Assembly: GCF_009914755.1 (NCBI RefSeq)
Contig: NC_060947.1
From: the human T2T-CHM13v2.0 reference genome, Homo sapiens
Direction: 5' to 3' (one strand)
Length of the DNA: 64,000 nucleotides
Made by a program: the position numbers and the translations under genes. The notes beneath the pieces are model-generated. The model ran no database searches and was not told the origin of the DNA. It worked only from the letters and a program-made list of their open reading frames with translations. This document shows, piece after piece, positions 32,800 through 49,700 of the stretch (the stretch's first letter is position 1; each line of letters begins with the position of its first letter).

Positions 32800-35180
32800 T
32801 TATTCATTCATTCAACCAATATTTACTGAGTGCTTACCAGTGCCAAGCTCTGTTCTAGGTGTTGAAGATATAGCAATGAATAAGACAGGCAAGGTCTCTG
32901 TTATACTGCAATTTACATTTTAATGGGGAAGGTAGATAATAAACAGATAACAAAAAAGGCAATAAGAGAATGTCAAGGAGTTGGTGCTATGTAAAATACT
33001 TTTGAGTAAAGACCTGTATTAAGTGAGAGAGAAAGCCATTGCAAATATTTGGGAACGAGTGCTTCACATTTCAGGAGGAGTTAGTTTAAGGGCTCTGAGA
33101 TGAGTATTTGCTCTCATTGTGTTTGGATGTGAATGAGGAGTTGGGTGTACCTGGAGTGCAGTGAGAGAGAGAGAGAGAGAAAGCAGATAAGGTCAATAGC
33201 AGCAAGGAACCAGAATATAGAGTGGTGAAAGCCCTTATAAAGACTTTGGCTTTTATTCAGAATGACTTGGATAATCAGTAGAAAATTTGGAATGAGCATA
33301 GGAATAGCATGATGTGGCTCATGTTTGGAAAGAATCATGCTGGCTGTTCTATAGAGAATGGAGTGGTGGCAGGGGCATGGCAAGAATAGATGCAGGGAGA
33401 GCAGTTACGGCTACTGCAGTAATCCAAACTGGAAATGAGACTTGGACCAAGTGGCGAAAAGTGAACTGAGCCTGTATGTGTTTTGAAAATTGATCCATTA
33501 GAGATTGCTGATGGACTGGATATTGAGTTTGAGAGATAAAAGGCAAGTCAAGGACAAGTAAATGGGTAAATGGTGGTTGCCATTACTGATATTGGGAAGA
33601 CCGAGGGAGGAACATATTTTGTCAAAGAAAAGATCAGTTCTTTTTGGATATCTTAAAGTTGAAATCCGATTAGACATCCAAGTTGAGTTATCATGGGGGC
33701 AAGAGACGACTATCTGTGAGTCATTAACAGATAGGTGGTATTTAATGAGATGGAAGTGGAAGAGACCACGTAGGGAAACAGGCCTAATGACTATAAGCCC
33801 TGGCACTCCGATGCCTAGTATTCAGGAAGCAAGACTAAGATCTAGCAAATTGTGAAGGAGTAGCCTTTGAGGTAGAAGTATATCCTCATGTGTGTGGTGT
33901 CCTGGAAGTCAAGTAAATGTATCAAGGGAAAAGGAAGGATCAATTGCATCAAATGCTGAGACGCTTGGTAAGATGAGGGCTGAGAAGTGATGATTTGATT
34001 TGGCAATATGGAGGGCACTAGTGACCTTGACAAAAGCAGTTTCAGTGGAGTGGAGTGGTTAGATATAAACTTCATTAGTGTGGTTTCAAGAAAGAGCGAG
34101 AAGTGAAGAAAGGGGAGGTAACAAGTGTCGTTTCATTTCAGGAATTTTTGTTCCAAAGTGGACCAGATAAGCAGAGTTATAATTGAAGTGAGAGGCGGTA
34201 ATGTAAAGGAAGGTTATGCATGTTTCGAATTTTGTGTTGTTTTTGTTTTCCTGATTATTTTTAAAATTTCTTATTCATGTATAAATTTGTACATAACTCC
34301 AGATAAGTAGAATTATAATTGAAGGGAGAGGCGGTAATGTAAAGGAAGGTTATGCGTTTTTAGAATTTTGTGTTGTTGTTTTTGTTTTCCTGATTATTTT
34401 TAAAGTTTCTTATTGATATGTAATATTTGTACATATGTATGGCGTACATGTGATATTTCAATACATGCATAGAGTGTGTAATGACCAAATAGATGACAGA
34501 TATCATAGCATGTATAGTACAGCATTTTGTATGCTTATGGGAACACCCAGTTGAGAGGGAAAGAAAACTTGATGTGTGGGGTAGGGTGAGACTTTCTAGA
34601 ACAATGTCTTTTCATAGTCTACAGAAAAATGGGATGCAGTGCACAGGTGAAGGAGTGAAATTCAGGTAGGAGCTTATTCATTGGAAGAGGAGGGAAAGCA
34701 GGTCTCTAGGCACAGGAACAGATAGGTTGGTAGATTTGGTGTCAGATGTTGACATTTCCCATTTTTTTTCACTGAAACAAGAAATTAGGTCAGCTGAAAA
34801 TGAAGGAAGGCTCGGGGGTCGGAGGTTTGAAGGAGGAAAAAGAGTAGGGGAGCAAATTGTCTAAATAAATGATTTTTGGGCAGACTTGAATACTTATTTC
34901 AAATAATATACTGCTTAGTTGTGGGTTTTTCTTCATTTACATTCAATTGCTTGGGTGAAGGTGTAGATAAATGAAAGGTTGGAAGTAACTAGAGTCAAAA
35001 TTTTCCCAGGCAAATATGGTAGAAGGAAAGAGCACATAGGAGGTGGTGCTCATAAAGTAGGATAATGGGAATTGTATTTTTTAGAGGTACAACAGGTATA
35101 ACTGTACATGGCTGAGGTGGGGCAGAGCATAAGCTCACTGGAGGTAAGGAGATAGAGGAACTGAACAGTATTAACACAGA
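32800..35180 (-). mobile_element. Long degenerate L2 fragment
   Basis: attcattcattcaaccaatatttactgagtgc L2 3' end (reverse) followed by purine-rich L2 body; boundaries approximate. Confidence 0.7.
34163..34435. repeat. Diverged tandem duplication, period about 136 bp, 2 copies
   Basis: ccagataag.aga.ttataattgaag.gagaggcggtaatgtaaaggaaggttatgc...atttgtacata at 34163 and 34299. Confidence 0.92.
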
Positions 35181-35249
35181 TAAAAAAAGTTTACTCTCTC
35201 CCTCTTCCCCTCCTTTTTCCCTCCACCTCCTCCTCTCCTCTCCTGCCAG

Positions 35250-35349
35250 GCTGAGATTGTGGGCAAAAAATTATTAAGCCTTCTGCCTGATGAAGAGAAA
35301 GATGAAGTCTACCAAAAGATTATTCTCAAATTTCCTTTACTAAACTCAG
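35250..35349 (+). CDS. PASD1: PASD1 coding exon 4 (100 nt) AEIVGKKLLSLLPDEEKDEVYQKIILKFPLLNS
   Basis: About 60-nt polypyrimidine tract + CAG acceptor, G|GTATGT donor; homologous to the NPAS2/CLOCK PAS-A segment LPE.EHSEVYKIL. Confidence 0.96.
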
Positions 35350-35801
35350 GTATGTATATTTTTAAAAGTAGTAAATTCTTAGGTTTTAAGGGACAAGTAA
35401 CAATCGCTCAATGGATTAATTTCTAAAAAGATATTAGAGCACATACGGCTGTTGATCATATATTAATTTACTTTTATATAATATTACAAACTCTATTTCT
35501 AGTGTTAAAAAAATCTCTCCTCCATTAAATCTTATTCTTCACCACAGACCCTGAGTATTGTAGCATTTGTACAATTGCATTAGTGCTATATAAATGATGG
35601 ACCATTGTATATAGTGTTCTAGCTGGTGCCCTACTCTACTGATACAACATAGCTAGCTATGTAAGTGCTAATGTTCGTGGAAAGAAAATAATATTTTTGT
35701 AAAATCTAATCGAAGAAAGACATTGGTCATATGAAATAATCCAGTAGAATATGGTAAAGTACAAATGTAGACTTGTTTTGTATTTCTTCTCTTTTTATTA
35801 G

Positions 35802-35912
35802 AAACACATATTGAATTTTGCTGTCATTTAAAAAGAGGAAATGTCGAACATGGTGATAGTTCTGCTTACGAAAACGTGAAATTTATTGTGAATGTAAGAG
35901 ATATTTGTAATG
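35802..35912 (+). CDS. PASD1: PASD1 coding exon 5 (111 nt) ETHIEFCCHLKRGNVEHGDSSAYENVKFIVNVRDICN
   Basis: ttttattag acceptor, G|GTAAGC donor, phase 1-1; EFCCH.RG...YE.VKFI motif of CLOCK PAS-A. Confidence 0.96.
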
Positions 35913-36903
35913 GTAAGCAGTTCTGTTTATCTTATCTATATGACATTTATGAGTCATGTAGCCTCACATTACTAACATAAATGCTCTTCTGCTTGGTACT
36001 TGCAAACTGTCTGATATCCCTATGGCCACAGTTTCTGACTACTCACATTACTTAGACTTTTAAAAATTAACAGTGAAATTTACAAGGTGGGGGACACTGA
36101 GTTGTTAAGGATGGCTCTTTCTTTTTATAAAACAAGGAAATGATTGCAAAAATATAACAAAAGAAGTTTAATGCATATCCAAGCTTAAAATAAAGGGGAC
36201 TCTGTGGGTCTATGTGTACCAGAAATTAAAGTTTAAAGCAGTATGACAGTGGTAAGAAGCAGCTGATTTTGTGGTGGCCTCGGTGGATTTTAAGTCATGC
36301 ATAGGCTCCATTGGCTGGGGTCGGGAATTCTAACACCCAGTCAAGCACCAGTATATAAAACCTAGAGATCAATGAAGTGATCAATAAAGTTCTGTCCATT
36401 GACCCAGAGGAATAGTGAGTAGGTTTATCATCTCTCTGGGAATTTGAATGGACAAAATGTGCCATTTACAAGAAACCAAAACCCAAATTTTTGTCGCGTG
36501 TGGATATAGGGTCCATTTTACAAATTTTGAGGTTTCAGAAACTGCAAGCTGAGAAATTAACATAAATTAATTAATATTAACTGGTTTGGAGCCATTAAAA
36601 TATCTGGGACTTGAATCAGAGGTAAATAGCCCAAATAGCTAACAAATATATGAAAAGATACTCCAACTCACTAATAAGCAAAGAATGAAACATTTAAAAA
36701 CCAGTGACATTAGCACTCTACACCCATCAGAATGGGAAAAATTAGAAGTTTGAATAATACCAAATATTGATGAACATGTGAGAAATGAATAAATAAATAA
36801 ATGAAATTAACTCACGCAAAAGGTGGCTGATATATTTGTCATGATTCTTGGAAATTAAAAGTCATACCTTTTGAAAAAATCTTACTTGACTCTGTGTGCA
36901 CAG

Positions 36904-36906
<3 letters not shown>

Positions 36907-36938
<32 letters not shown>
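36907..36938. repeat. (CA)n microsatellite
   Basis: About 16 AC units. Confidence 0.95.
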
Positions 36939-36940
<2 letters not shown>

Positions 36941-37256
36941 CCACACACTCTACCCATATGGTCTATATAAAAGAGAGGAGCCACATCTCTTTTGGAGACT
37001 AAAATATCCATCCACAGGGTAATAACGGAAGACTGAAAACCAACCTTAACTCTCAATATTTGATTCTCAGTAATAAATTCTTTATGTTTTGATGGGGAGG
37101 GTGGCTGAAAAGGAAAGAAGACAGGAAAAATCCCATGGCTCAGAATTTTGAAAATTGTCAATGGGTTAGCAAACAGCACATGGATGTGTCAGGTATTTGT
37201 CTTCTTGTTTAACTGGTCCACCTTTCTGTTTTCACATGTGTGTCTATCTTCCTTAG

Positions 37257-37384
37257 AGTTTCCTGTGGTCTTTAGTGGCTTGTTTTCCAGCCACCTCTGT
37301 GCTGACTTTGCTGCATGTGTTCCTCAGGAGGATCGGCTTTATCTTGTGGGAAATGTTTGCATTCTCAGGACTCAGCTCCTGCAG
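37257..37384 (+). CDS. PASD1: PASD1 coding exon 6 (128 nt) EFPVVFSGLFSSHLCADFAACVPQEDRLYLVGNVCILRTQLLQ
   Basis: ccttag acceptor, CAG|GTGGGT donor, phase 1-0; lies within ORF 37148-37438. Confidence 0.95.
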
Positions 37385-37879
37385 GTGGGTATACTGTGTT
37401 TGTGCTTCCCCCGCTGTGGCGATGTGGGCTTCCTTTGAAGGGTCACTTCCCCTTTGGTCTGTCAGCCACTGGACAACATTGCTAAATTACTCAGTGTGTG
37501 CAGAGGGTTGTGCTGGGATATGTAAATAAGGAAAATCAGCTCCTATGTTTCAGAAGGTGAACATCTCAGTGAAAATTTAGACACACTCGAAAGAGATGCA
37601 CAATCATTTACAAGTAGTCTTGACATAATATAAAATATTATAAAATGTAGGTGCTGGGGACTGGAACACATGAAGAGAAATGAGCATTTTGGCAGGTAGA
37701 TGAAGGAAGGCTTCTGATACTACGTGAGTTTTGAGGCAGCTCCACCACAACCCCATTGGGTAGCTGATTGTAAAGGCTTCTGCTCTCTTTGTGTTCTCTA
37801 ATATAGCATTCACAAATTCTAGCTCTAAAAAGAATTCACTTTGGAATTCATCTGATAGATTCAGCTTCCATTAATTTTT

Positions 37880-38720
37880 CCATTCAGTAACATATATAGT
37901 AAGTACCTACTGTGTTACAGGTACTGTGCTAGGTGCCAGAGAGACATTAGGGGAGATAGACAATAGCTAAATAATATTGGAAGGTGCCCTGAAGGATGAC
38001 AGAATAATGTGCTAATGACTAGTGCGGGTGGGGAGTTCAGACAGAGTGGTCAGGGAAGGTCCTTTTCGGATAATTTGTCTTTTGAGCAGAGACCCCTAGG
38101 GATGCTAACTAAGAAAGGAAGGCAACGCAGGTAGATGGTTCAACATCTGTAAAAGACCTAAGGTAGTAACTAGCTTGGAGAGTTCCAAGTAACAAAGTAA
38201 GTTATGTGACCAGAATAAGGTGAAAGGGGGAAGGAGCAGCAGAAAATAAGATCCAATAGATAGGCAGGGGACAGATTATGTAGAACTTTGAGATCCATGG
38301 TAATCAGTTTGGGTTTTATTTCAAGTGCATTGGAAAGCAGGAAGGTGACATGATCTGATTTTCTTTTTTAAAGGTCAGGCTGAATACTGGCTGAGAAATG
38401 GAGTACAGAGAAACAAGAACAGAAGCAAGAATACCTAAGTGAAAGATGATAGGGGCTTGGACTATGATTGTAGTAATGGAGATACAAGTATTCTGACTTG
38501 GGATGTATTTTGGAGGTAGTGCCCTTGCTGATGAGTTAGAAGTGTCTAGGAGAAGGGAGAGAAACATCTCGTGGAGGATTTTTAGCTTTTTGGCTTGTGG
38601 AACTCAGCAAATGGAGGTGCCATTAACTGATTTTAGCAAGACTGGGACAATGTGGATCAGGCAGTGTGGGAGGCTAAAATCAAGAGCACTGTTCGGGCCA
38701 TGTTAATATTGTGTTGATGT
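37880..38720 (-). mobile_element. L2 fragment
   Basis: gtacctactgtgttacaggtactgtgctaggtgc...atggaggtgccattaactga; boundaries approximate. Confidence 0.7.
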
Positions 38721-39767
38721 TACAACATAAAACATCTCCAACTCATTACCTTATAAGGGAAGGCTCTGATCCAGATTTCCTGTGTTCAGATCCTTTCCCT
38801 ACCAGCTCTGTGACCTTGGCCAAGTCACATCCTTTAGCCTCAGTTTCTTTTTCTATAAATGGCAGTCATAGTACCTTCTATTAGGGTTGTAAGGAGTAAA
38901 TAAGACAGTTTCTCCTATATGGTAAGCACTCAGTAAATGTGAGCTATTACAGTTGTTGTGATCATTGTTATTACTGTCATTATTACTGCCAGTGATCCAG
39001 AGAGGGCAACATGCTTGCTTTACTTTTCATCTCTGGTTTAAAACGTGGGCTTTTCAGACCACATTTTAGAAACTGTGGAGGGGGCCTTTACATTCAATTT
39101 TAGAACAAGTAATATATGTCATCATTTCTTCAAATTTAAGATGGTAAGAAAAGTAGTATAGAAGAAAGGCAGTTTAAGGAAGTTGCCTAATTCAGTTGCC
39201 CCATTCATTATTCCGTCTTTGTAGCCCTCTGGGATTTGAACTGTCACATCTGCCATGAGAATACAGACATCCCATTTTGGAAGTCAACCCCAGTAACTAC
39301 TTCCTTTTCTGAGAAACAGAAAAACATCTGATTTGGCCCAATACCTTGGTAGCCCTTACAGCACAAGGAACTCTATTTGTGTTCTAGTCCAGTTTCTCTC
39401 TGGGTTTATAGGATGTTTGTTCCATATTAGTGGACATTTTGGAGAAAAAAATCTTGTGCAAACAGGCGGGCTTTTGGAGGAAGATTTTTTTCACAGCGTG
39501 ACTGTGTAGTACAGTGGGAAGAGGGATGAACTCACAGTTCAAACTTTGAAATTCTGCTCCTGGATCTACTAGCTCTATTTCTTGGGTCAAATCATTATAT
39601 CTCTAATCCTCAGTTTTCAAATCTGTAAAACTCCAGTGCATTTCTCACATTGATATGCAGATTATTTGTAACATTGGATATGAGCATGCCTCCAAAATTA
39701 ATATATGCTGTGCATTTTTACTATTTATATACATATTAAATGTCTAAATATTTGAATTTTTCTGCAG

Positions 39768-39850
39768 CAACTTTACACTTCAAAGGCAGTCAGTGATGAA
39801 GCTGTACTTACACAAGATTCAGATGAGGAACCTTTTGTGGGAGAGCTCAG
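39768..39850 (+). CDS. PASD1: PASD1 coding exon 7 (83 nt) QLYTSKAVSDEAVLTQDSDEEPFVGEL(S)
   Basis: ttctgcag acceptor, AG|GTGAGA donor, phase 0-2. Confidence 0.94.
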
Positions 39851-39954
39851 GTGAGAGGTAGTATTGATAAAGCTAATGAAGATCTAGAATTCAATTTTAC
39901 TAAACGAAACTAAAACAAGAGAAATAACACCTACAGATATTTTTTTTCCCATCA

Positions 39955-40284
<330 letters not shown>

Positions 40285-41489
40285 CCAGAATAGCAGTCTA
40301 CTAGTCTGAACTTCCTTTCCCAGCTCATATAATTCACATTTTTCCAACAGAATGTAAATACAGGTGATTGGCTTTTTATTTTTTATTTTTTAAAAAAAGC
40401 ATTAAAGCAATAAATAGAGAAAACTTAACTGACCCAGGCATGTAATGACTTTCAAATTAAGGTAATGCGTTTTAATATACTACTTCATTACTTTTTTTTC
40501 TTGAAAAGAAAGGTAATGTTTAGACACTTTTAAATGGTAGAAGAGCAAGTATGCATTGTGGTAACTGCTAATTATACAGGCATTCCTCTTTTGTGAATCT
40601 AATGTGTTCTTTAAAATTTGTTTACTAACACATTTTCAGAGAATAGAAGCAAATATTCCACTATTTCACGTGAGAAAAGTAAAAATATATTCCTAACCCC
40701 CAGGAAAATGCCGATTAATTTGCCAGATACCACTAAAACCCCTTTATAAACTTATTTAACAACCCACAAAGGATTTCTGTAAAATATAAATTATTTATAA
40801 TACTATATAGTTATTCAGCATTTGATAAACTCATTGTTTGGCACATTTGTATGTAGTAAGCCACAATAGCATACACTATACAGTGTCTAGTATTGGGAGG
40901 GGATTACATTTTCCTTCTACGTTGCAGTGTACATGTACTGGTAAATAAATAATGAAGTAATATATTAAATATATTAAAGATGTGCACTGTATGCCAGTAA
41001 TATTTAGCAAAATAAAATAAGCAAACAAGAGAACTTTGCAAGAGATTTCTTGGGATCAAAGGCATGCTTGCATGAGGTCTGATGGTGAGAAGAGTGAGCT
41101 GGAAGCTGTGGTCACGGTTACTATTCGGGGGCAGGAGGAGGTAAGGAAGCCAGAGCTGGTGAAGGAATGAGTTAAACAGGAAATATTTGAGGCTCATCTG
41201 GATTTAAGAGAAGGCAGGGAGAATCTTCCATTCCCATCAGAAGAGTACAGAGGTGATTGGTTGTCAACCTTTAGCTGATGCTACACACAGAGCAGTGGGA
41301 TGAGAAACAGAACTCATGGTGGCTAGCTATTTACATCCCCTTTGCTTGATTAAAAATTCTTGCTAACATAAAGCTGCATTTGTATTAATAATTGTGTAAT
41401 TGTGTGTTGAATGTGACAATGTGACATGTCTGCTCATGCCATGATCACATTTATTTGTACCAGCATGCTGTTTTTATGGAATCTAATTT

Positions 41490-43738
<2,249 letters not shown>

Positions 43739-46700
43739 AGAATCTAAATTTTACGTGAATCTTCAGTGTTTTATGTTTGGCTCCTAGGAGTGGGGAGCAC
43801 GTGCACGACCAAGCTTAAGACTTCTAGCCAGTCTCTGAATGTGCTTTATTGCTCCCAGCTTTTCTTGTAGTACATGGACTTCAATAGGCCTGTTAGTCTT
43901 GCCCACTTCCTTCATTAGTTTCTCTAGTTTCTTAGATGACCTTTTACTGAATAATGTGGAACGTAAGATACCTACAAGACAACATGTTTAAACAACATGA
44001 ACTCAAGTTTTGCTATAAGGAGAATGACTGAGACACAATAGCAGCACACTGACATGCTCTTGTCTAGGCATGCATGACTTAAACATATTCTTGCATGCAC
44101 CCTAAAACAGATTTATTTAGCAGGTTTGGGTAATGAATTTTGTTTAAAAACTAGCATATCAGTGTAGCAAATATTCAGATAGTGAGAGTTTAGAGAACAA
44201 AGATACTCATATTTTATTTAAAGGTAGAGTTTAATTGGATGAAAAATATTCTGATGCAGCAAGGAGCCAGCTACCACATCTATGCCGTAATCTTCATAAG
44301 ATACATAATAAAAGTGTTTTCTGAAGGCTTAAAATTATATCATTTCTAATTTTGTAAGAAATTATGACTCAAATGTGGGTGAACGCACACTCTTTCCCCT
44401 AAAGTTCAAAACTAGACAATGGATTGTTTATCATGTAGGAAGTAAGATAGAAAATGACACTTAGGGAAAAAGCGGATGCATTTAATGAAGAAAAGTCTGA
44501 TTAATTCCAGACTGCTTGTCCCTCTCATATCCCTCCCTCCTCCAACTCCATGGCCACTACTTTGGCCCCAGTCTCTTCAGCTCTCATGTGATGGATTGTT
44601 GGTGGACCTGGCTGGCCCACTAACCTGAACTCTGTAAGGCAGGACCTGTCACCCTCACCCTTGTCTGAGCACAGAACCTGACAATGAGTAGGCAGAAGTG
44701 ACATCTGCTCATTAACTGATTGGTTACTTGATCTTATCAAAATGGTAATACATTCCGGGCCATGAGATCTCTCAAACATTATGCAGTATTGTTAGAAAAA
44801 AAGTGCAAACCAGTACCCTATTGCTTGATTTTTTCATAGACTTGTCCCTTGTCCCCATGATATTTTCAATTAAAAAGGAGAAGAGATTGCATCATATCAG
44901 GGTTGTAATTTTTAGTTATTAATAGTCTGGCTTCCATTTTACCCTCTGGGGGATAGTTAGAAAAGCAATTGTTCACAAAGGTCGTAGGGACCCACAGCTC
45001 CCAAAATGTTTCCCTTATCTTGGTAATTCCATTTTTTAAGATTAAGAAGCATCCTGCTAAGTTTTCTCTATGCTTATGAAGGAAACACAAAGGTGGGAAT
45101 TTGAAGTATTTAGAAGAAAGGGTGTATTTCCACATAGAATGTCCTGTTTGTGCAGGTTTAAGATTTGAGGCTTAAAAATCTTTCATTTCAGGAGAGGGCC
45201 TGAACAGCTGGGGTATTTTTCATTGAGGCTACAGGTGTACCGGAGTGGAAAGTCTTGCTTTCTTGGACTATTGAAGGTAGAAAGAAGTAAGGGATTTGTG
45301 AGTCAGTGAGGGGCAGGCAAAAAAGTGAATACTGAGTAGCCCTCTGCTGTCTTGCTACTGCTAAGAGTCAGAAGTAAGCAACTAAGGTACTCTTTGGATT
45401 TGCCCAGTTGCATGTATTGGTAAGGCCCAAATTCCTATCATAGCATCATCTTTTAACACAGTGCAATTTGTTCTTTATACTTCATCATGTTATTTTATGT
45501 TTATTAACTCAGTTATTTTCTACATATCTATAAGGTAGATTTTAGACTCATTGTACAGGTGAGAAAGTGCACTCACAGAGGATGTATGATTCACCCAAAC
45601 TCACACAGCTGGTTAGGCAGTATAGCTGTATTTGGGACCTAAGTTATCCTGGGCTGCATTCCACGAGGACACCAGTTTCAGGAGCTGTGGCCGGTATGTG
45701 ATTCAAGGGAGAAAACTCAAGGAGTCTTTGGAAAGTATGTGACCAGGGATGTTACTAAGAGAAAACATTTTTCTTTTTAATTTCACCTTAAACTTAGAGG
45801 GAGGAGAATATACCGATTAGTTAGCCCTAATACTTTTTACAAAGATGGCACATTTTCACCCAAAAGTAAAGTAGAAAACACTGGAAAATCAAATGATGAG
45901 TATTTCCCAGGTTCTAGTAGCTGTTACCTGTGCTTGCAAAGTCCTCAGAAACTCTGCTATAGGACTGGAATTGGTCCCTGGGGAGACTCCATCTGTCAGC
46001 AACTCCACCAGAAAGAATGTTCCTGCCTAATTCCTCTTTCAGTGAAGAGACACCTTGTACAAAGGTGTGGGGAAAATTTTGCAAAGATGTACAATGGTCC
46101 TAGTTAGTGAGGTTTTGTTGTACCGAGTCTTTTTACCATACTATACTATACCGTATTGACTCCATTCCTTATGTCTGTCCCATCTTGAGCAGAGGAGGGG
46201 CCTTGCACATCATTGTAAATGTGGCTAGCATGCCTAGTCTTATCACTTTAGTCCCAGTGAAACTTATTTATTCATACAGAAAATAGTTAGCATCTGCTAT
46301 GTGGAAGTTTCTGTTCCAAGATTTAAGGATATGGTAGTGAGCAAAAGTCCTTATCTTCGTGGTCATTACATTCTGGTGGAGGAGAAAGATAATAAACAAG
46401 TCAATAGACTATAGAGCAGGTGAGATGATGAGGGCCAAGGGAAAAAAAATTGAGCAGTGAAAGGGGTATAGGGAATGTTATTGGGGGGAAGTTAAATACT
46501 ACTAGATTTTGAAATGGCATTTTATAGGTTAAAAATGGAGTAATATTGGCAATTCCCTGTGGTTCCTTTGTGGCCAGAAAGGGCCTCAACAAGCAGGTGA
46601 CTTGAGTTAACATCTGAAAGGAGTGGAGGAGCAAGCCTTGTGGATTTTGGAGGAGATATTCCAGACAGAAGGAAGAGCAGATGCAAGGTCCTTGAGGCAG

Positions 46701-49700
46701 AAGTACATGGCAGAAGCATATGTTTGAGAAACAGCAAAGGAGCCAGCATTGCTGGAGCAGAGTCACCAGAGAGGAACATTCAGAGCATGCAGGGCCTGTG
46801 AGCAACTGTGAGGGAAGGACCCAGGATCGTGTCAGCTCGACCCTGCCTTGTGGAATAGCTCCTGCTAGAGTCATTCACCATTATTTCTCTTGTTTTTCAA
46901 TGCCGTGTGGAGACTCAGTCAACACTACCTGCTCTCCCTTTGCACGTTACTTGGCTATTTCTACTAATTCTACTCTACTAATTCTACCTATCACCTTTGG
47001 CAAATACTGTGGAGGTCTTGTAATATAGTTTTAAAACAACATAAAATTAGGATTTTTAAAAACTATAATGCTCAGGTTTTATTTCTCAGTTTTGCCATTT
47101 ACAGTTTGTGTGATCTTGGAGAAGCCTGTTAAGTCTTATGTTCTTTATCTATAAATGATGAAGATAATTACTGCAGAATGGGTGTGAGGCTCAAATAAAA
47201 AAAAAAAGAAATAAGATCTATATGTTTTGTAAAATACTATGCAAAGTCAAATTATTATGGATTAGAAAGTCCTTCCAAATATGGAGTAATTATAATTTAA
47301 CACTATAGTCCTTACTAATCTATGCAGACACCATTAACTACAAAGGGCTACCTGTGAACATAGCAGACAGTCATGATCTGAAGTTTGTGTCTGGTGATTT
47401 CTTCAATATTCTTTTTATTTTTCTATAAATTTAAGGTAGTTCTTTTTTTTTCTGCTTAAAGCCAGTACATTTGAAACCTCCATACTGAGATGGTACTCTC
47501 TCCATGAACAACCGAGTCATTCCATGAAGAGCATCCATGTCTCCTTGCAGGGTGAAGTGGGTGCGGCCCAACTTTGAATATGATGAAACTTCCAGCTTGG
47601 AGGCCACATACAGCCAGATGACTCTGTGCTCCGACACCCACCAGACAGATACTCACATGCTGACACCTGGTGTTAGCAGATAAGGAAAGGAGTTGGGGCT
47701 TTTCAGGCTTACATCCAGGGAAAGAACCCTTGAGCCCATTTCCACGCAGCTGTATTTGTTAGATTTGAAGCCAGCCCCTTGGTGTACATTTAACTAATCA
47801 TATTAGTAGTATGTACAGGGTCTGGTCCTTGAAAAGGACAGACATCAAAAGACACAGGTAGAAGGGATAGCAGTCTCAGGATCCTGGGTTTTATATATCA
47901 TTTTCTTTATGATGTGATCTCTAGCCAACCCATACTCCATCTTCAGCTACATGACAAATTATTTTGATCATCTAAATGCATAAAATCATTAAACTATTAG
48001 ATTTGCAATTGATAAGAGCAGTTTTGTTGTTAATATTTTTTGAAAAGCTCTGTGTAAGGGTTTGTACTAAAGACTTATTGAAGCAGCACTGAAATTACTG
48101 AGGTTTAGACACTAATGAAAAAAGTCTAATAAATATAAAAGTTTAAAAAAACTGGGACAAATTATCTGATATATTTGCCTATTTTATGAAAAGCAATTTT
48201 AAATAAATATTCTCACAGCTGCATATTCTTCTCAAGTAATAATGTTATTTTTTTCTCACAGTATTCATTTGCCATTCCACAATATAGTTGCCCAGCTTGT
48301 GTGTTGGTCATCTGAAGATGTGGAATGGGATTCATCCAGCTCTCTTTTCACTTAATGATTTTGGCTTTACCTCTTTCTTATCTTGAGACATTCTTTTGCT
48401 TTAGCTCCATTGCCATTTTTAAAATTTCTTTTTATTTTTTAACTTTTTATTTGAATATTGGCAGGAACTATATGTGTCCTCTTTTACCTATACTCACAAC
48501 TTTTTACAGCTTGCCCCATTTGCTTTATTATCATTCTCTCCTCTTCTCTCCTTCTCTCAACTTCTCCCCATCTTTTCTTCCCTCTCTCTTCTCTCTCTCT
48601 TCATATAGATAGATATTTTGTGTGTGTGTAATTTATTATAAACTGTGGAGATACACCTCTATTTCTCAAATACTTCTATGTATTTCCTATGTTCAAGTTT
48701 ATTATAATACATAACCTTAGTATGGTTATAATATCAGGAATTTTGGTATCTGTGGAATATTATTATCATCTATTCCACAGTCCATATTCAAATTTTGTCA
48801 GTTATCTTTTGTAGCTTTTTTTTTGGTATAGGATCCAATTTAGGATCACGATTACATTTAGTTGTCATATGTCTTTAAACTGGAATAGTTTCCCAGACTT
48901 CCTTTGATATTCTTAACTTTGAAATTTGTGATGAGTGCAGACTAAATATTTTATGGAATGTCCCTCCATTTGGGTTTGTCTGATGTGTCTTCTTAACTAG
49001 AGTCAAGTTACGCATTTTTATCAGGAATACCACAGAAGCAATGTTGTATTCTCAGTACGACATATCAAAAGATAGATGGTGTTGATATTTCTCATAAGCT
49101 GATGTGAACTTTGATCACATGGTTAAAGAGATGTCCACCAAGTTTCTCACCTGTAAAGTAAAATTTCCCTTTGTAAATTTTAAGTAACTTATGGGAAAGT
49201 ACTTGAAGACATGTAAATATTCTGTTCCTCAAGAAATTTTTACCCACTAGTCTTAGTACCTGTTGATAATTTTCTAACAGCATCATACCTTCTACATTTA
49301 TTGGTTGGCATTTTGGTTAGGAAGTTTCCCCTCTGCCTCATTAATTGAATCGTTATTTATTTATTCACTGGCTTATAATATACTACTATTATTACTTATT
49401 TTAATGCTCACATTGTCTCAGAATTGGCCAGTGGGAGCCTCTTCCAGCTGACTCATCTCTTTTTAATGTGCCCTGTCATTCTTTGAGCATCACCCTTACT
49501 ACCTGGCACAAGACTTTTCAGGTTCATTTTGTATTTTCTCTGCCTCAGAGAAATCAGCCAGTTCTCTAAGTCTTAGTCTGAGCAACTCCAGCTTCTTTAA
49601 TCAGAAGTATTTAGAAACCAAGATCTAGGCATTAGTTCTGGTCATCATTACTTGTGTGCCACTGCTTTTAAGTGCTTTCAGAACTAGGAAACAAATACAC

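Noticed and set aside
43798-43803. CACGTG E-boxes (also near 40666 and 41993), tempting as circadian feedback sites
   Set aside because: Isolated 6-mers expected by chance, not clustered, and one lies inside an L1
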